DNA of 64,000 nucleotides, taken from Candidatus Thorarchaeota archaeon (lineage in GTDB: Archaea; Asgardarchaeota; Thorarchaeia; Thorarchaeales; Thorarchaeaceae). Position 1 is the stretch's first letter, and every line of letters starts with the position of its first letter. Shown in pieces: positions 1 through 9,505 of the stretch. The position numbers and the translations under genes are program-made. The stretch lies in contig JBHLQH010000003.1 of the NCBI GenBank assembly GCA_048884965.1, positions 35,304-99,303 of the forward strand, in the 5' to 3' direction. Under the pieces are notes generated by a model, which saw only the letters and a list, made by a program, of their open reading frames with translations, was not told the origin of the DNA and searched no databases.

Positions 1-216
1 ATTCTCTATGCCTCTGCGATAATCATCTACTCAATCGGTATGCTTGTCAACAGAGAATATAACAGTCTATTCTCTTTGGTTGGGTTTGCAGTTGCAGCAA
101 TATGTTTCTTGCACATTTTTCTAATACATACCGCATTGATGCAGAAGGTCGCAGTGTACTCATTGGTGCTATGGTCTGGATTCCAAGGGTATTATCTGAT
201 GCAGAAAATGAAGTGA
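1..216 (+). CDS. 3' part of a membrane protein (DUF998-like), truncated by the window edge
   Basis: Frame 1 is open to TGA at 214-216 and reads ILYASAIIIYSIGMLV...LMQKVAVYSLVLWSGFQGYYLMQKMK, with three hydrophobic segments. Confidence 0.6.
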   Translation: MLYASAIIIYSIGMLVNREYNSLFSLVGFAVAAICFLHIFLIHTALMQKVAVYSLVLWSGFQGYYLMQKMK

Positions 217-1161
217 TCATCTGACGGGCACAAACCATTCCTCAAGGGAGATTACGGAGTGTGTATCAATGATATTCTCATTCCTGTAGAGCCTTCGCAT
301 GAACATGTTGTACTCATCAACTGAAGAGGTTCGAATCGTTGCGAACAGGCTATAGTCAGCTCCTGTTCGATGAAGGTCCCATACCTCTGGAAATGAGCTG
401 ATATGATTGGCAGTTTCAGCGATCTTTCCCGGACTGGTCTTTATTTGGAGGAAGAACTTGATGGGTAGTCCAAAGACCCTAAAGTCGGGCTCAATAGTAT
501 ATCCTACGATTGCCTCCCGCTCTTCCAGTCGTTTCATCGCCTTGGACACAGCCGGTTGACTAAGTGAGGGCTTCATCCTTTGACCTATCTCTCCCTGAGT
601 GAGCGGGAATGGTAAGCTCTCGGTAGGTTGCTGTCTAGAGAGAACACTAATGATATCCCAATCCTTGGGTGAGATTATCTTTCTCCTCTCTCCATGCTTT
701 CGTATCCGAAACCCTTGGGTCTTGTAGGTTGCCAAGACTTGAACTAGCTGATATTCTCCTGATCCCGATTTGGCTACAGCATCATCTATCTTATCCAAGA
801 AATCCTGGAATGCCCCTGACCCTCTAAATCGAAAGAGACCCAACAACGAGTGCTCTCCGGAGATACCATCGAGAGACTCCAGCTCTGGCATCCCAAGCAG
901 TGCTTCGCTGACACCAATCTCCCTTGGATTTGTCTTTATAATCAGAATGGTGTTCCTCTCGGCATAAACCTGCGCGGGATCAAGGGCTGTCACATAGGCC
1001 CTGATGGTCCCATGCTTCACCAGCTTCTTGATTGCTCTGGATACCCAGTTACGCCCCTTTCCAATCTCATCGCCTAGGTTTGCAATGGGCGTTCTTGAGT
1101 TCCTGATGAGACTATCTAGTAACTTTCGCTCGCTATCAGTAATAGTATGCACGATATTCAT
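217..1161 (-). CDS. Tandem (double) Lrp/AsnC family transcriptional regulator
   Basis: Two wHTH+RAM units: NSRTPIANLGDEIGKGRNWVSRAIKKL and QGEIGQRMKPSLSQPAVSKAMKRLEE...PEVWDLHRTGADYSL. Divergent from ahcY. Confidence 0.85.
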   Translation of the reverse strand: MNIVHTITDSERKLLDSLIRNSRTPIANLGDEIGKGRNWVSRAIKKLVKHGTIRAYVTALDPAQVYAERNTILIIKTNPREIGVSEALLGMPELESLDGISGEHSLLGLFRFRGSGAFQDFLDKIDDAVAKSGSGEYQLVQVLATYKTQGFRIRKHGERRKIISPKDWDIISVLSRQQPTESLPFPLTQGEIGQRMKPSLSQPAVSKAMKRLEEREAIVGYTIEPDFRVFGLPIKFFLQIKTSPGKIAETANHISSFPEVWDLHRTGADYSLFATIRTSSVDEYNMFMRRLYRNENIIDTHSVISLEEWFVPVR

Positions 1162-1239
1162 ACCCTTGGGTGCAAATTATTCGTTGCTACGATGTAGGAT
1201 TCATATAAAACCATCTACCGAAGCTGTGTTGTGGTTAAA

Positions 1240-2499
1240 ATGGCTGATTACAAGGTCAAAGATATTGGTCTTGCTGAAGAAGGCAGGATGTTAATCGAGT
1301 ATGCAGAGAAGCACATGCCAGTGCTCATGCATCTTCGAAAGAAGTACTCTGAAACCAAGCCACTCAAAGGTATGAAGATCGCAGGTTGTCTTCACGTCAC
1401 AAAGGAAACTGCTGTCCTGATAGAAACCCTACAGGCGGTAGGTGCTGAGGTCGCTTGGTCTGGATGTAATCCCCTCTCTACGAACGATAAGGTAGCTGCT
1501 GGACTAGCTGCCAATGGTGTGCCGGTTTACGCTTGGCATAATCTGAACACTGAGGAATACTATTGGTGTATCGAGCAGACCCTCAAGACTGAGCCTACTC
1601 TTACACTTGATGATGGTGCAGATCTTATCTTTACTCTTCATAACAAGCATCAGGAGTTGATTCCCAACCTCTATGGTGGCTCTGAGGAAACAACTACTGG
1701 CGTGATTCGTGTGCGTGCGATGGCTGAGGATGGAGCGCTCAAATATCCAATCATGGCTGTAAATGATGCAGATACCAAGCACATGTTCGATAACGTATAT
1801 GGTACCGGACAGAGCGTGTTTGACGGTGTAATGCGAGCATCAGCAATACTCATCGCAGGAAAGACGGTCGTTATTGGTGGATACGGCTACTGTGGTCGTG
1901 GAATGGCTGACCGTGCACGAGGTCTTGGTGCTAATGTCATTGTGACCGAGGTCGATCCTGTTCGAGGTCTACAAGCGCGAATGGACGGATACCGAGTCCT
2001 GCCAATGGATGATGCAGCTTCTGAGGGTGATCTCTTCCTCACTGCTACTGGAATGAGGGACGTTATCAGAGGCAAGCACTTTGACGTTATGAAGGACGGC
2101 GCTATGTTCGGCAACGCGGGTCACTATAATGTAGAGATCAACGAACCTGAGCTAATTCAACGTACCAAAGGTGAAAAGAAGCGGGTTCGACATGCGCTTG
2201 ATGAATATGAGTTGAAGGATGGTCGCAGGCTTTACCTACTTGGTGAGGGTAGACTGGTCAATCTAACAGCCGCCGAGGGACACCCCAGTGAGGTCATGGA
2301 CCTATCATTCGCTGGACAGCTCAACGCCATGATCTGGATGGCCAAGAATGGCAAGGGCCTCAAGCCAGCAGTATACGAATTTCCAAAGGAGTTGGACAAG
2401 GAAACTGCGATGGCGAAGCTTGAAACCATGGGTATCAAGATCGACAAGTGGACTCTTGAGCAGGAAGCATACGCTCGTGCTTATGCTGAGGGAACCTAG
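1240..2499 (+). CDS. ahcY: Adenosylhomocysteinase (SAH hydrolase)
   Basis: GCLHVTKET, GCNPLST, EETTTG, FDNVYGTGQS, GYGYCGRG, GRLVNL..AEGHPSEVMDLSF. ATG at 1240 preferred to GTG at 1231. Confidence 0.97.
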   Translation: MADYKVKDIGLAEEGRMLIEYAEKHMPVLMHLRKKYSETKPLKGMKIAGCLHVTKETAVLIETLQAVGAEVAWSGCNPLSTNDKVAAGLAANGVPVYAWHNLNTEEYYWCIEQTLKTEPTLTLDDGADLIFTLHNKHQELIPNLYGGSEETTTGVIRVRAMAEDGALKYPIMAVNDADTKHMFDNVYGTGQSVFDGVMRASAILIAGKTVVIGGYGYCGRGMADRARGLGANVIVTEVDPVRGLQARMDGYRVLPMDDAASEGDLFLTATGMRDVIRGKHFDVMKDGAMFGNAGHYNVEINEPELIQRTKGEKKRVRHALDEYELKDGRRLYLLGEGRLVNLTAAEGHPSEVMDLSFAGQLNAMIWMAKNGKGLKPAVYEFPKELDKETAMAKLETMGIKIDKWTLEQEAYARAYAEGT

Positions 2500-2510
2500 A
2501 GTCCATCTTG

Positions 2511-2560
2511 GGAGGGATTTGCAGCTCCCTCCTACCTTTCCTTTTCTTCCATTTTCATTT
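2511..2560 (+). terminator. Hairpin plus T-rich tract after ahcY
   Basis: GGAGGGA(2511-2517)/TCCCTCC(2526-2532) followed by tttccttttcttccattttcatttt. Confidence 0.6.
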
Positions 2561-2671
2561 TGAAAAATATCTGACCAGAGAAAGTGTATAGAGTACTGTA
2601 CGATTTTCTTAAAGTTCTCCACTCATCAAGGACGAGTAAGTTGAAATTCGATAGTAAGATTCAAGATCTTC

Positions 2672-2890
2672 TTATACTCTGGAAGATCTATACTCTCCTC
2701 CTATCATATATGGTACTATTACCAGTATGATACCGAACAAAATAAATAGCATTCCAGGAATCTGAACAGAGCTTCTCACTTCTATTCCAAGATTTCCCCA
2801 TCCTAGAGCACCTATGACTACCAAGAGAATGAATCCAACAATTATTTCGAATATTCCAATAACTAGCGTTGCTTTATCCTGATTATTCAT
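2672..2890 (-). CDS. Small two-TM membrane protein
   Basis: 72 aa with two hydrophobic helices and GGAGAG upstream. AT-rich, and lies between ahcY and its 3' duplicate. Confidence 0.65.
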   Translation of the reverse strand: MNNQDKATLVIGIFEIIVGFILLVVIGALGWGNLGIEVRSSVQIPGMLFILFGIILVIVPYMIGGEYRSSRV

Positions 2891-3042
2891 AAATCTCTCC
2901 TAAGAAATCTGGTATTTATGCTCTCCTAGACTTTCTTATACCTTGGAGGGCACTTCCGTCCGAGATCACAAGATCTTCGACCTCAAGGCGTACAAACCCG
3001 ACAGTGTGAGTGGGGTAGGAGCAATTCCTGATAGACCTTCCA

Positions 3043-3255
3043 AGTGAGGTCATGGACCTATCATTCGCTGGACAGATCAACGCCATGATCTAGATGGCCA
3101 AGAACGGCAAAGGCCTCAAGCCGGCAGTATACGAGTTCCCGAAGGAGCTCGACAAGCAGACCGCCATGGCAAAGCTTGAAACCATGGGCATCAAGAGAAA
3201 CAAGTGGACTCGTGAGCAGGAAGCATATGCGAGAGCCTATGCTGAAGGGACCTAG
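3043..3255 (+). pseudogene. Diverged duplicate of the last 213 nt of ahcY, with an internal stop
   Basis: Aligns without gaps to 2287-2499. By hand count 27 of 213 nt differ, mostly synonymously. TGG has become TAG and there is no 5' part. Confidence 0.93.
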
Positions 3256-3267
3256 TTCTGAATCTAG

Positions 3268-3300
3268 ATGGGAGTATATGCTCCCCATTTCCTTATTTTG
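3268..3300 (+). terminator. Hairpin plus T tract after the ahcY fragment
   Basis: ATGGGAG-tatatg-CTCCCCAT followed by ttccttatttt. Confidence 0.5.
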
Positions 3301-3448
3301 GAACGTTTCTGATAGATGATTTTTCGAGGGTTCTTAGGATTACTAGTCTGCCAGTAGAATCTCATTCTGCACAATGAGCATCGAGCTGTCATAGCGTAAT
3401 CTGTGACAACTCTTATTTATCCGCTTCTTTGCAAGGATATTGAGATCG

Positions 3449-3979
3449 ATGAAAGTTCTAGTGACGTATAGGACCATCACGGGAAACACGAAGAAGATCG
3501 CTGATGCAATCTTTGGTGAGATTGAATGTGACAAGGAAATCAAATCATTCAATGAAGTTGAATCGCTTGATGGATATGATTTCATCTTCGTAGGATGTCC
3601 AATTGAGTTCTTTGGTGCAGGGAATGCAACGAAGAAGTGGTTGGATAAACATGTCGAAGGGAAAAGAATCGGATTATTCTGCACTCACGGCGCTCCCGAG
3701 ATTGCACCAGGTGTACCGATATGGACCAATGCTTTGAAAACTACAGCAGTTGATGCAGGAGCTGTGCTTGTTAGCTTCTTCAACTGTCAAGGTGAGCTGA
3801 GTCAGAAGGTTCTTGACATGATGTTGGCTGATAAGGATCCATATGTAAGGAAACTGGCTGGATTTGGGCGCGAAGCAACAATTGGCCAACCTGATGAAAC
3901 TCGGGTTCAGAAAGCTTGTCAGTTCGCACAAGAAACGATGAAGAAAGTTAGCATGTCGGGCACTCATTTTGAAACATAG
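3449..3979 (+). CDS. Flavodoxin-like protein
   Basis: MKVLVTYRTITGNTKKIADAI, YDFIFVG, GLFCTHGA. Confidence 0.85.
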   Translation: MKVLVTYRTITGNTKKIADAIFGEIECDKEIKSFNEVESLDGYDFIFVGCPIEFFGAGNATKKWLDKHVEGKRIGLFCTHGAPEIAPGVPIWTNALKTTAVDAGAVLVSFFNCQGELSQKVLDMMLADKDPYVRKLAGFGREATIGQPDETRVQKACQFAQETMKKVSMSGTHFET

Positions 3980-4147
3980 CTTTATTCCAATTCTATGGTA
4001 CATCCACTAATTGAGGTGAGGGTTCCCAATATAGGAACTCTTGCAATTCAATAAGGATGTATCCAAATAGTATGCTAAAGGGTAACATACTCGTTTGCTT
4101 CAACTGTATCAAGACTTTCTGATTGGCGATAAAAGAGAAGATTGTAC

Positions 4148-4180
4148 AAAATAGAAGAACAAGAGCTTTTGCAACTCTTG
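4148..4180 (-). terminator. Hairpin plus T tract after the MFS gene
   Basis: CAAGAG/CTCTTG stem, then TTCTTCTATTTT on the minus strand. Confidence 0.45.
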
Positions 4181-4193
4181 TCCTATATTCCTA

Positions 4194-5462
4194 TTATGTA
4201 CCTTTCCTACCTCCAGTTTCAGGTAGCAGGGTCATCAAGATGGTAGCTATGGCTATGGCAATGAAGAGATAGATGATTGAGTAGAGATACGAATCTCCAA
4301 CCCTCAGGACCTCCAGGATGATGGAGCCTGTGAAGCCGCCAAGATTTCCAAACCAGAAGGCAACTCCTGTACTAGCTCCTGAGAGCTCAGGTCCTACAGA
4401 ATCCAATTCCTCTAGTATTGACAGTCCCAATGGCATGACAGCGATTAGGAAAAAGCCCAATATCGCAGACATGATGAATGATAATTCAAGGATAGATGAT
4501 GTCCCTAGAATTAGGACCGCAACCGAAGCAATCGCCAGACAGATGATGATGAATGGCTTTCGTTTCTGTACCTTCTCAGATATCGCTGGAACAAGGACAG
4601 CTCCGATTATACCGGCTACGAGGAGGAGAATCATAACGATAGCTGGACTTCCAAGCCCCGCAGTGACTGGTAGCCCGAGAGTCAAGAGTAGTTCCTCAAG
4701 TATCGCAGTCAGACCGATGAATATGCCAAAGCCAGCAAAGAACCCGAACGCGATGACCCAAACGCTCCTATCTTTTAGCATGCCTTTGATACTTGGGCTG
4801 GACGTCATCGTCAACTCGACATCTGGAGGATGAGGAGGCTTGTCCCGTGCTACGGCGAAGAATAGAATCATTATCGCAATGGCAAGGATAGAGTCCAGAG
4901 TAAGAATCGATAGGACATTCGCTTCTGCAAGTGCTACTGTGAAACCCACCTCTCCATAGAGAGGTGCTGTCCAGAGAAGCATGCTCAGTGCTGTTCCAAG
5001 TAACATGCCTAGCAGCATGAACAGGGTGCTCACACCAGTTGCTAGTGCTCGTTCTTGTCTTGGGAACCAATTCACACTCAGATAGACAATACAGTTTTGG
5101 ACCAAGACCGATCCGATCGAGAGCCCAAATTGGCATATAAAAATCATGAGAAAGTCATTGACGAAGAAGATACGTAGTGTCCCGAATAGTGCCTGAAGGA
5201 TAGCCCCAAATCCTGCGACAAACACGAGACCTTTCTTATCTGCAAGGATTCCTACTGGAATTGATAGTATGATAAATGCCAGTGGCTGAGAGGCTGTGAG
5301 TAGTACTACTCCTGGATCTCCTGGAGCAAGCCCTAGGACGGGAGTGACCTCATTTCGAATAAGGGAGAACACTAGCCACATCATCTGACCGATTAGAAAT
5401 ACCAATCCGAAGACAAGCAAGACTGCCCAACGACGGGCATACACCTTCACTTCATCTGACAT
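4194..5462 (-). CDS. MFS transporter
   Basis: About 12 TM helices, GILADKKG motif A, WFPRQERALATG. Confidence 0.9.
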   Translation of the reverse strand: MSDEVKVYARRWAVLLVFGLVFLIGQMMWLVFSLIRNEVTPVLGLAPGDPGVVLLTASQPLAFIILSIPVGILADKKGLVFVAGFGAILQALFGTLRIFFVNDFLMIFICQFGLSIGSVLVQNCIVYLSVNWFPRQERALATGVSTLFMLLGMLLGTALSMLLWTAPLYGEVGFTVALAEANVLSILTLDSILAIAIMILFFAVARDKPPHPPDVELTMTSSPSIKGMLKDRSVWVIAFGFFAGFGIFIGLTAILEELLLTLGLPVTAGLGSPAIVMILLLVAGIIGAVLVPAISEKVQKRKPFIIICLAIASVAVLILGTSSILELSFIMSAILGFFLIAVMPLGLSILEELDSVGPELSGASTGVAFWFGNLGGFTGSIILEVLRVGDSYLYSIIYLFIAIAIATILMTLLPETGGRKGT

Positions 5463-5546
5463 ATCTCATTCCTCAACAACCAACTCGATTATCAGATGGT
5501 AGCGAAAGGTGCTAAAATCAGTTCCGCCCAAAGGAATTTTGAGACT

Positions 5547-6539
5547 CTATCTATAGGGACAGAAGGTATTCTCTATGTAGGGCAGGTTCTGTTCAATGCT
5601 GTGCCTGTACCGTTTCAGTATGTTTTGGACATGCACTGGAATATCAAGGAAGGAGCCTTGTCCAGCCAAGTCGTAGTCCAAATTGAATGCGTTATAGTGA
5701 ATGAACTCGAAGAGCTTGAGTGCATAGGGAAGATGTTCAATCCATGATTCGTCAAGATGATTCTCTTCTTCATATCCTTTCATGAAATGCTCAAGATAAT
5801 GGTCTGCAAATTGGCGATTTGACATACTATCTGGTTTTTCCCAAATCGAGAAACCTAATGCGTTGGCAATATCAAATACAAAGAACCCATACTGGCAGTC
5901 GTCAAAGTCTAGTACTGTAAGGTCATTCCCATCATAGAATAGGTTAGCATGATGCACATCTTCATGGATTAGTCCATATGAATCCCTGTCATGAGGGAGC
6001 TCCTTGAAATGACTTATGAGTGCATCGAATCTTTCGAGGACTCTAGTCTGATCTGTTGGTATCGAGTTCCTTGAGAGGTATTCATCGTCAAACCACTGAA
6101 TCCTATCCTGAATGATTGGTTTGTAGTCCTTTGTCAACGCGTGCATCTTCCCTACAGATCTCCCCCAAATTTGGAACAATGGCGCTGAGAACTGCTCCTT
6201 TCTTATTATTTCACCAGCTGCCCAACGAAAGCAGACCACTGGAATTTCCCCAAAGTCCGACTTACTGGCTTCAACAAGTTTTCCCCTATTGGATTCGATT
6301 GGCTCTACAACGGGTGCGCCGTTCTGTCTTAGATAGCTGATCCAATCAATCTCTGCTTTTACCTCTCTGACAGATTTGTGTCCTGGTGGAGTAACTCGGA
6401 TTACCACTTTTCTTGTTGGCGTCTTGAATCCAAACATTCTATTCTCATACCCTCCCGCAAGGCTCTCTAGATTCTCAACTTGAAAGTCATAGAGGTCTGC
6501 TGCATCTGCAAGGGCTTTCCTTAGCCAATCTTCAGTCAT
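5547..6539 (-). CDS. APH/choline-kinase-like phosphotransferase
   Basis: GGYEN, VIRVT, LIHEDVHHANL, VLDFDD. Start taken at MTEDWL. Confidence 0.88.
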   Translation of the reverse strand: MTEDWLRKALADAADLYDFQVENLESLAGGYENRMFGFKTPTRKVVIRVTPPGHKSVREVKAEIDWISYLRQNGAPVVEPIESNRGKLVEASKSDFGEIPVVCFRWAAGEIIRKEQFSAPLFQIWGRSVGKMHALTKDYKPIIQDRIQWFDDEYLSRNSIPTDQTRVLERFDALISHFKELPHDRDSYGLIHEDVHHANLFYDGNDLTVLDFDDCQYGFFVFDIANALGFSIWEKPDSMSNRQFADHYLEHFMKGYEEENHLDESWIEHLPYALKLFEFIHYNAFNLDYDLAGQGSFLDIPVHVQNILKRYRHSIEQNLPYIENTFCPYR

Positions 6540-6657
6540 TTTCTTTCCTGCAATCTCTTGGTTCTGTATTGATAAAGACACACTCCGACGCCAAAACAAT
6601 CGAAATTCAAATATTGTCCGAAAGTACTCTTTAGGTGTTCCCTAAGGTGATGTAAGG

Positions 6658-6954
6658 ATGCGCCTATCAGATGAAAATAGACCACAAGAGCGCATTATTC
6701 GCATAATGTCACCACCTCATTGCGCTCGAGGTCCTAGCAGATGCCCTGCGTGTAAGGAAGCATCTAAGGTCAGAAGGATATGCTTACTAAGAATCTTCTT
6801 TGACTCGGGAGAGATAGCCCGTCCAATGATTGAGATCGAGCGAGATGAGAAATGGTCTATTCACGAATATGATGTTTTACGAGATTTTGAAAGCGAAGAA
6901 GATGCTTTGAGATATGCAATGGAGAATAACCTAGAGGATATTGACCTATCGTAG
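6658..6954 (+). CDS. Hypothetical protein with a Cys/His cluster
   Basis: HCARGPSRCPAC...C motif; AGGTGA upstream. Confidence 0.6.
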   Translation: MRLSDENRPQERIIRIMSPPHCARGPSRCPACKEASKVRRICLLRIFFDSGEIARPMIEIERDEKWSIHEYDVLRDFESEEDALRYAMENNLEDIDLS

Positions 6955-6956
6955 TG

Positions 6957-8009
6957 TCATTTGTTAGTTTTCTCTCTAAAGATGGACTCTGCCAATTCAA
7001 CTGCAGGAGCAAAAGCATCCATTGGACCGGAAAATCTTCCCATTATCGGTCCGAGCAGCACTTCAAAGCGGGTCACGAAATCCTTGAGCTTGTCGAGAAA
7101 TATCTGGTATGGCTGTTTGGCAATCAACACTGCAGTATTGCTTCCACCATGTGCAAAGATGAGCTCTAACTCTCCAATTGAAACCATATTGAGCCCACTC
7201 TCTGTTCTGGTTATCTCTTGGAATAGTGATTGCACTCCAGAGATTCCTGCTGCGGTGAGGAACTGATCAATCCCTGAGGTTTCTTCAAACTCATAATGGA
7301 ATACCAAGAGTCCTCCATATTGGATTAGATACACTCCGACGATTTGCTTTTCCCAATCCAGCTCATTCAGAGCCACTGTGTAGGTCAGAATATATCCAAA
7401 GATTGCAATTCCAACCAGCAGGAGAATTTGTCCTATGACATAGAAAACCTCTCCAAGAGTGTAGTATATGAAGTCACTACGGAAGAGGAAGCCTATCCAT
7501 CCTACGAGGAAACTCGCGACGACAATCTCAACATTGCGTTTCACGTCACCCGAGGTGATTTTGAGGGAGTATCTCAAGAACAGAAGGATGCCTCCCAGTG
7601 CAAGAAGCGCGGCAGCAAACGCAACGAATACATACAAATCCCGAGGGATTATGAGAGTGATGATAGCAAATAGCAGTCCGACTATACTGAATGCATGACG
7701 TGTTCTGTAGGGTAAGATTCTCTCCATTGCAAAGAAGAAGGCTGTCAATGCTAGAATCAGGCTCACATATCCTACTGCGACCCATCTGGTATTGAGTGGT
7801 TCCTCAATAATCCAGTAGGCGCTGATTATGAATGCTATCGTATTTGCCAGCAATCCAAAGAAGAATACACTCCATGCCAACTTGAGATGAACGAACCTTC
7901 TGAATTCACCTTTATACCATTGACCTATGAGAATGAGTCCAAAGAGACTGGCGCAGAACACAGTACCACTATCAAGGATGAGCATCAGGTCTCGTGCAAA
8001 TGGTATCAT
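6957..8009 (-). CDS. Seven-TM membrane protein with a C-terminal longin-like domain
   Basis: Seven hydrophobic helices, then IVGVYLIQYGGLLVFHY...AAGISGVQSLFQEIT...LDKLKDFVTRFE. Start taken at MIPFARD because the longer ORF overlaps msrA. Confidence 0.75.
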   Translation of the reverse strand: MIPFARDLMLILDSGTVFCASLFGLILIGQWYKGEFRRFVHLKLAWSVFFFGLLANTIAFIISAYWIIEEPLNTRWVAVGYVSLILALTAFFFAMERILPYRTRHAFSIVGLLFAIITLIIPRDLYVFVAFAAALLALGGILLFLRYSLKITSGDVKRNVEIVVASFLVGWIGFLFRSDFIYYTLGEVFYVIGQILLLVGIAIFGYILTYTVALNELDWEKQIVGVYLIQYGGLLVFHYEFEETSGIDQFLTAAGISGVQSLFQEITRTESGLNMVSIGELELIFAHGGSNTAVLIAKQPYQIFLDKLKDFVTRFEVLLGPIMGRFSGPMDAFAPAVELAESIFREKTNK

Positions 8010-8143
8010 GCTAGAGTCGAAAGTCGGCAAAGTTACACCCCATCTAGTGGAACTTGACTTGTACATACTTGTCTTTTTAGTTATCTTTGGATGGAGTGAA
8101 GGCTGATTTTTTGACAGAGTGGGCGGATCTTGATCAAATTCTC

Positions 8144-8668
8144 TCAGAGTTTTAACTTGAAGGTCTTTCGAACTTTTTCGACTTTTGGACTGATTATCAT
8201 GCGACAATAGCCTTGGTTTGGATTGCTCTTGAAGTAGTTCTGATGATATTCTTCCGCTCTATAGAACTTCTCAAATGGAGTGATTTCTGTCACGATTGGA
8301 TTTTTCCACTTCCCACTTGCGTCATATTTCTTTAAAACGCGTTCAGCAACCTCTTTCTGCTTCAGGTCGTGATAGAATATCACGGATCGATATTGTGTCC
8401 CAACATCATTTCCTTGGCGGTTCAGGGTTGTTGGATCATGAGTTTCAAAGAATATCTCAAGCATTTCTTCAAAACTAATGATATCCGGATTGAACTTGAT
8501 CTGGCATACCTCTGCATGTCCGGTTCTTCCTGTGGTGACAGCTTGGTATACCGGATTCTCCACATGACCTCCTGCGTATCCGGATACAACAGAATCGACA
8601 CCCAGAATGTCTTGATAGACTGCTTCCACACACCAGAAACAGCCAGCTCCTAATGTTGCAATTTCCAT
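8144..8668 (-). CDS. msrA: Peptide-methionine (S)-S-oxide reductase
   Basis: GAGCFWCVE, TGHAEV, HDPTTLNRQGNDVGTQYRS, AEEYHQNY. Confidence 0.97.
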   Translation of the reverse strand: MEIATLGAGCFWCVEAVYQDILGVDSVVSGYAGGHVENPVYQAVTTGRTGHAEVCQIKFNPDIISFEEMLEIFFETHDPTTLNRQGNDVGTQYRSVIFYHDLKQKEVAERVLKKYDASGKWKNPIVTEITPFEKFYRAEEYHQNYFKSNPNQGYCRMIISPKVEKVRKTFKLKL

Positions 8669-8732
8669 ATTAGGAACTTCGTTTCTAGACTTTTCAATAG
8701 TTAGGTATGGGAACTCTTTCTTCTGTCAGACA

Positions 8733-9365
8733 TCATCTGCTATCACTGAGAAAATCCCGAATCTTCCTGACTCCCACGATGGCGTCAAGACCATAGTCAT
8801 CTGCACCATACTCTCTAGCCAGATCCATTGTTAGAGGAGCTCCCCCAACTATGAGTTTGACACTTTCTCGAATACCTGCATTCTTCAGAGCTTCATTTAC
8901 CACGGCGATCTCTTTCATTGTAGTTGTTAGGAGACTACTCAACCCAAGAACCTTAGCGCTATATTCTTTCACTGCTGATACGATTTCCTCTGCAGAGCAG
9001 TCGACTCCTAGATCAATCACCTCAATACCAGCTGAAAGAAGCATGGAACTCAGGATATTCTTTCCGATATCGTGGTTATCACCCTCTACTGTCGCAAGCA
9101 CGACAGGTCCCTTCTGCTTTCCTGCAGTAGTCGTCAAATGTGGCTTCAAGACCTCAAAAGCATCCTTCATCGTTTCACCAGCAAGAACTAGCTCAGAGAG
9201 GAAATATTCTCCAGCTTCATACTTCTCTCCAACCTGATCCATTCCATCCGTGAGTGCCTTGAGTATAGCATGTGGATCTATTCCAGCGTCCAAGGATGTC
9301 TGTACTAGCGAACCGATTCCCTCGTCCAAATCCACCAATGCCATTGATATCTCTTCCAGGTTCAT
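8733..9365 (-). CDS. Corrinoid (B12-binding) protein, MtaC/MtbC-like
   Basis: Cap domain GMDQVGEKYEAGEYFLSEL; DNHDIGKNI (DxHxxG), LGLSSLLTTTM, IVGGAP. Confidence 0.92.
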   Translation of the reverse strand: MNLEEISMALVDLDEGIGSLVQTSLDAGIDPHAILKALTDGMDQVGEKYEAGEYFLSELVLAGETMKDAFEVLKPHLTTTAGKQKGPVVLATVEGDNHDIGKNILSSMLLSAGIEVIDLGVDCSAEEIVSAVKEYSAKVLGLSSLLTTTMKEIAVVNEALKNAGIRESVKLIVGGAPLTMDLAREYGADDYGLDAIVGVRKIRDFLSDSR

Positions 9366-9505
9366 CTTCTTCCCTCATCTGTACTACGACAATGGAATCT
9401 TGTTTGCCTGTATTATTCTTTCCGTACGTCAGAGCTTGTTCTCTCGGAGTTACAGAGCTATGAGGTCTTTAGTTTTCAAAGTGCATATTCATACGAGGTT
9501 ACCAC

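Noticed and set aside
2946-2977. Third, highly degraded EGHPSEI-DL-like ahcY trace
   Set aside because: Needs several indels over about 30 nt; not distinguishable from chance
3091-3093. In-frame TAG in the ahcY copy as pyrrolysine
   Set aside because: The fragment has no start or 5' domains; a TGG to TAG nonsense change is simpler
2287-3255. ahcY repeat pair as a diversity-generating retroelement TR/VR
   Set aside because: Differences are not adenine-specific, are mostly synonymous, and no reverse transcriptase is present
3061-3288. Minus-strand 75-aa ORF similar to 2305-2622
   Set aside because: The similarity is only the antisense reading of the duplicated ahcY end
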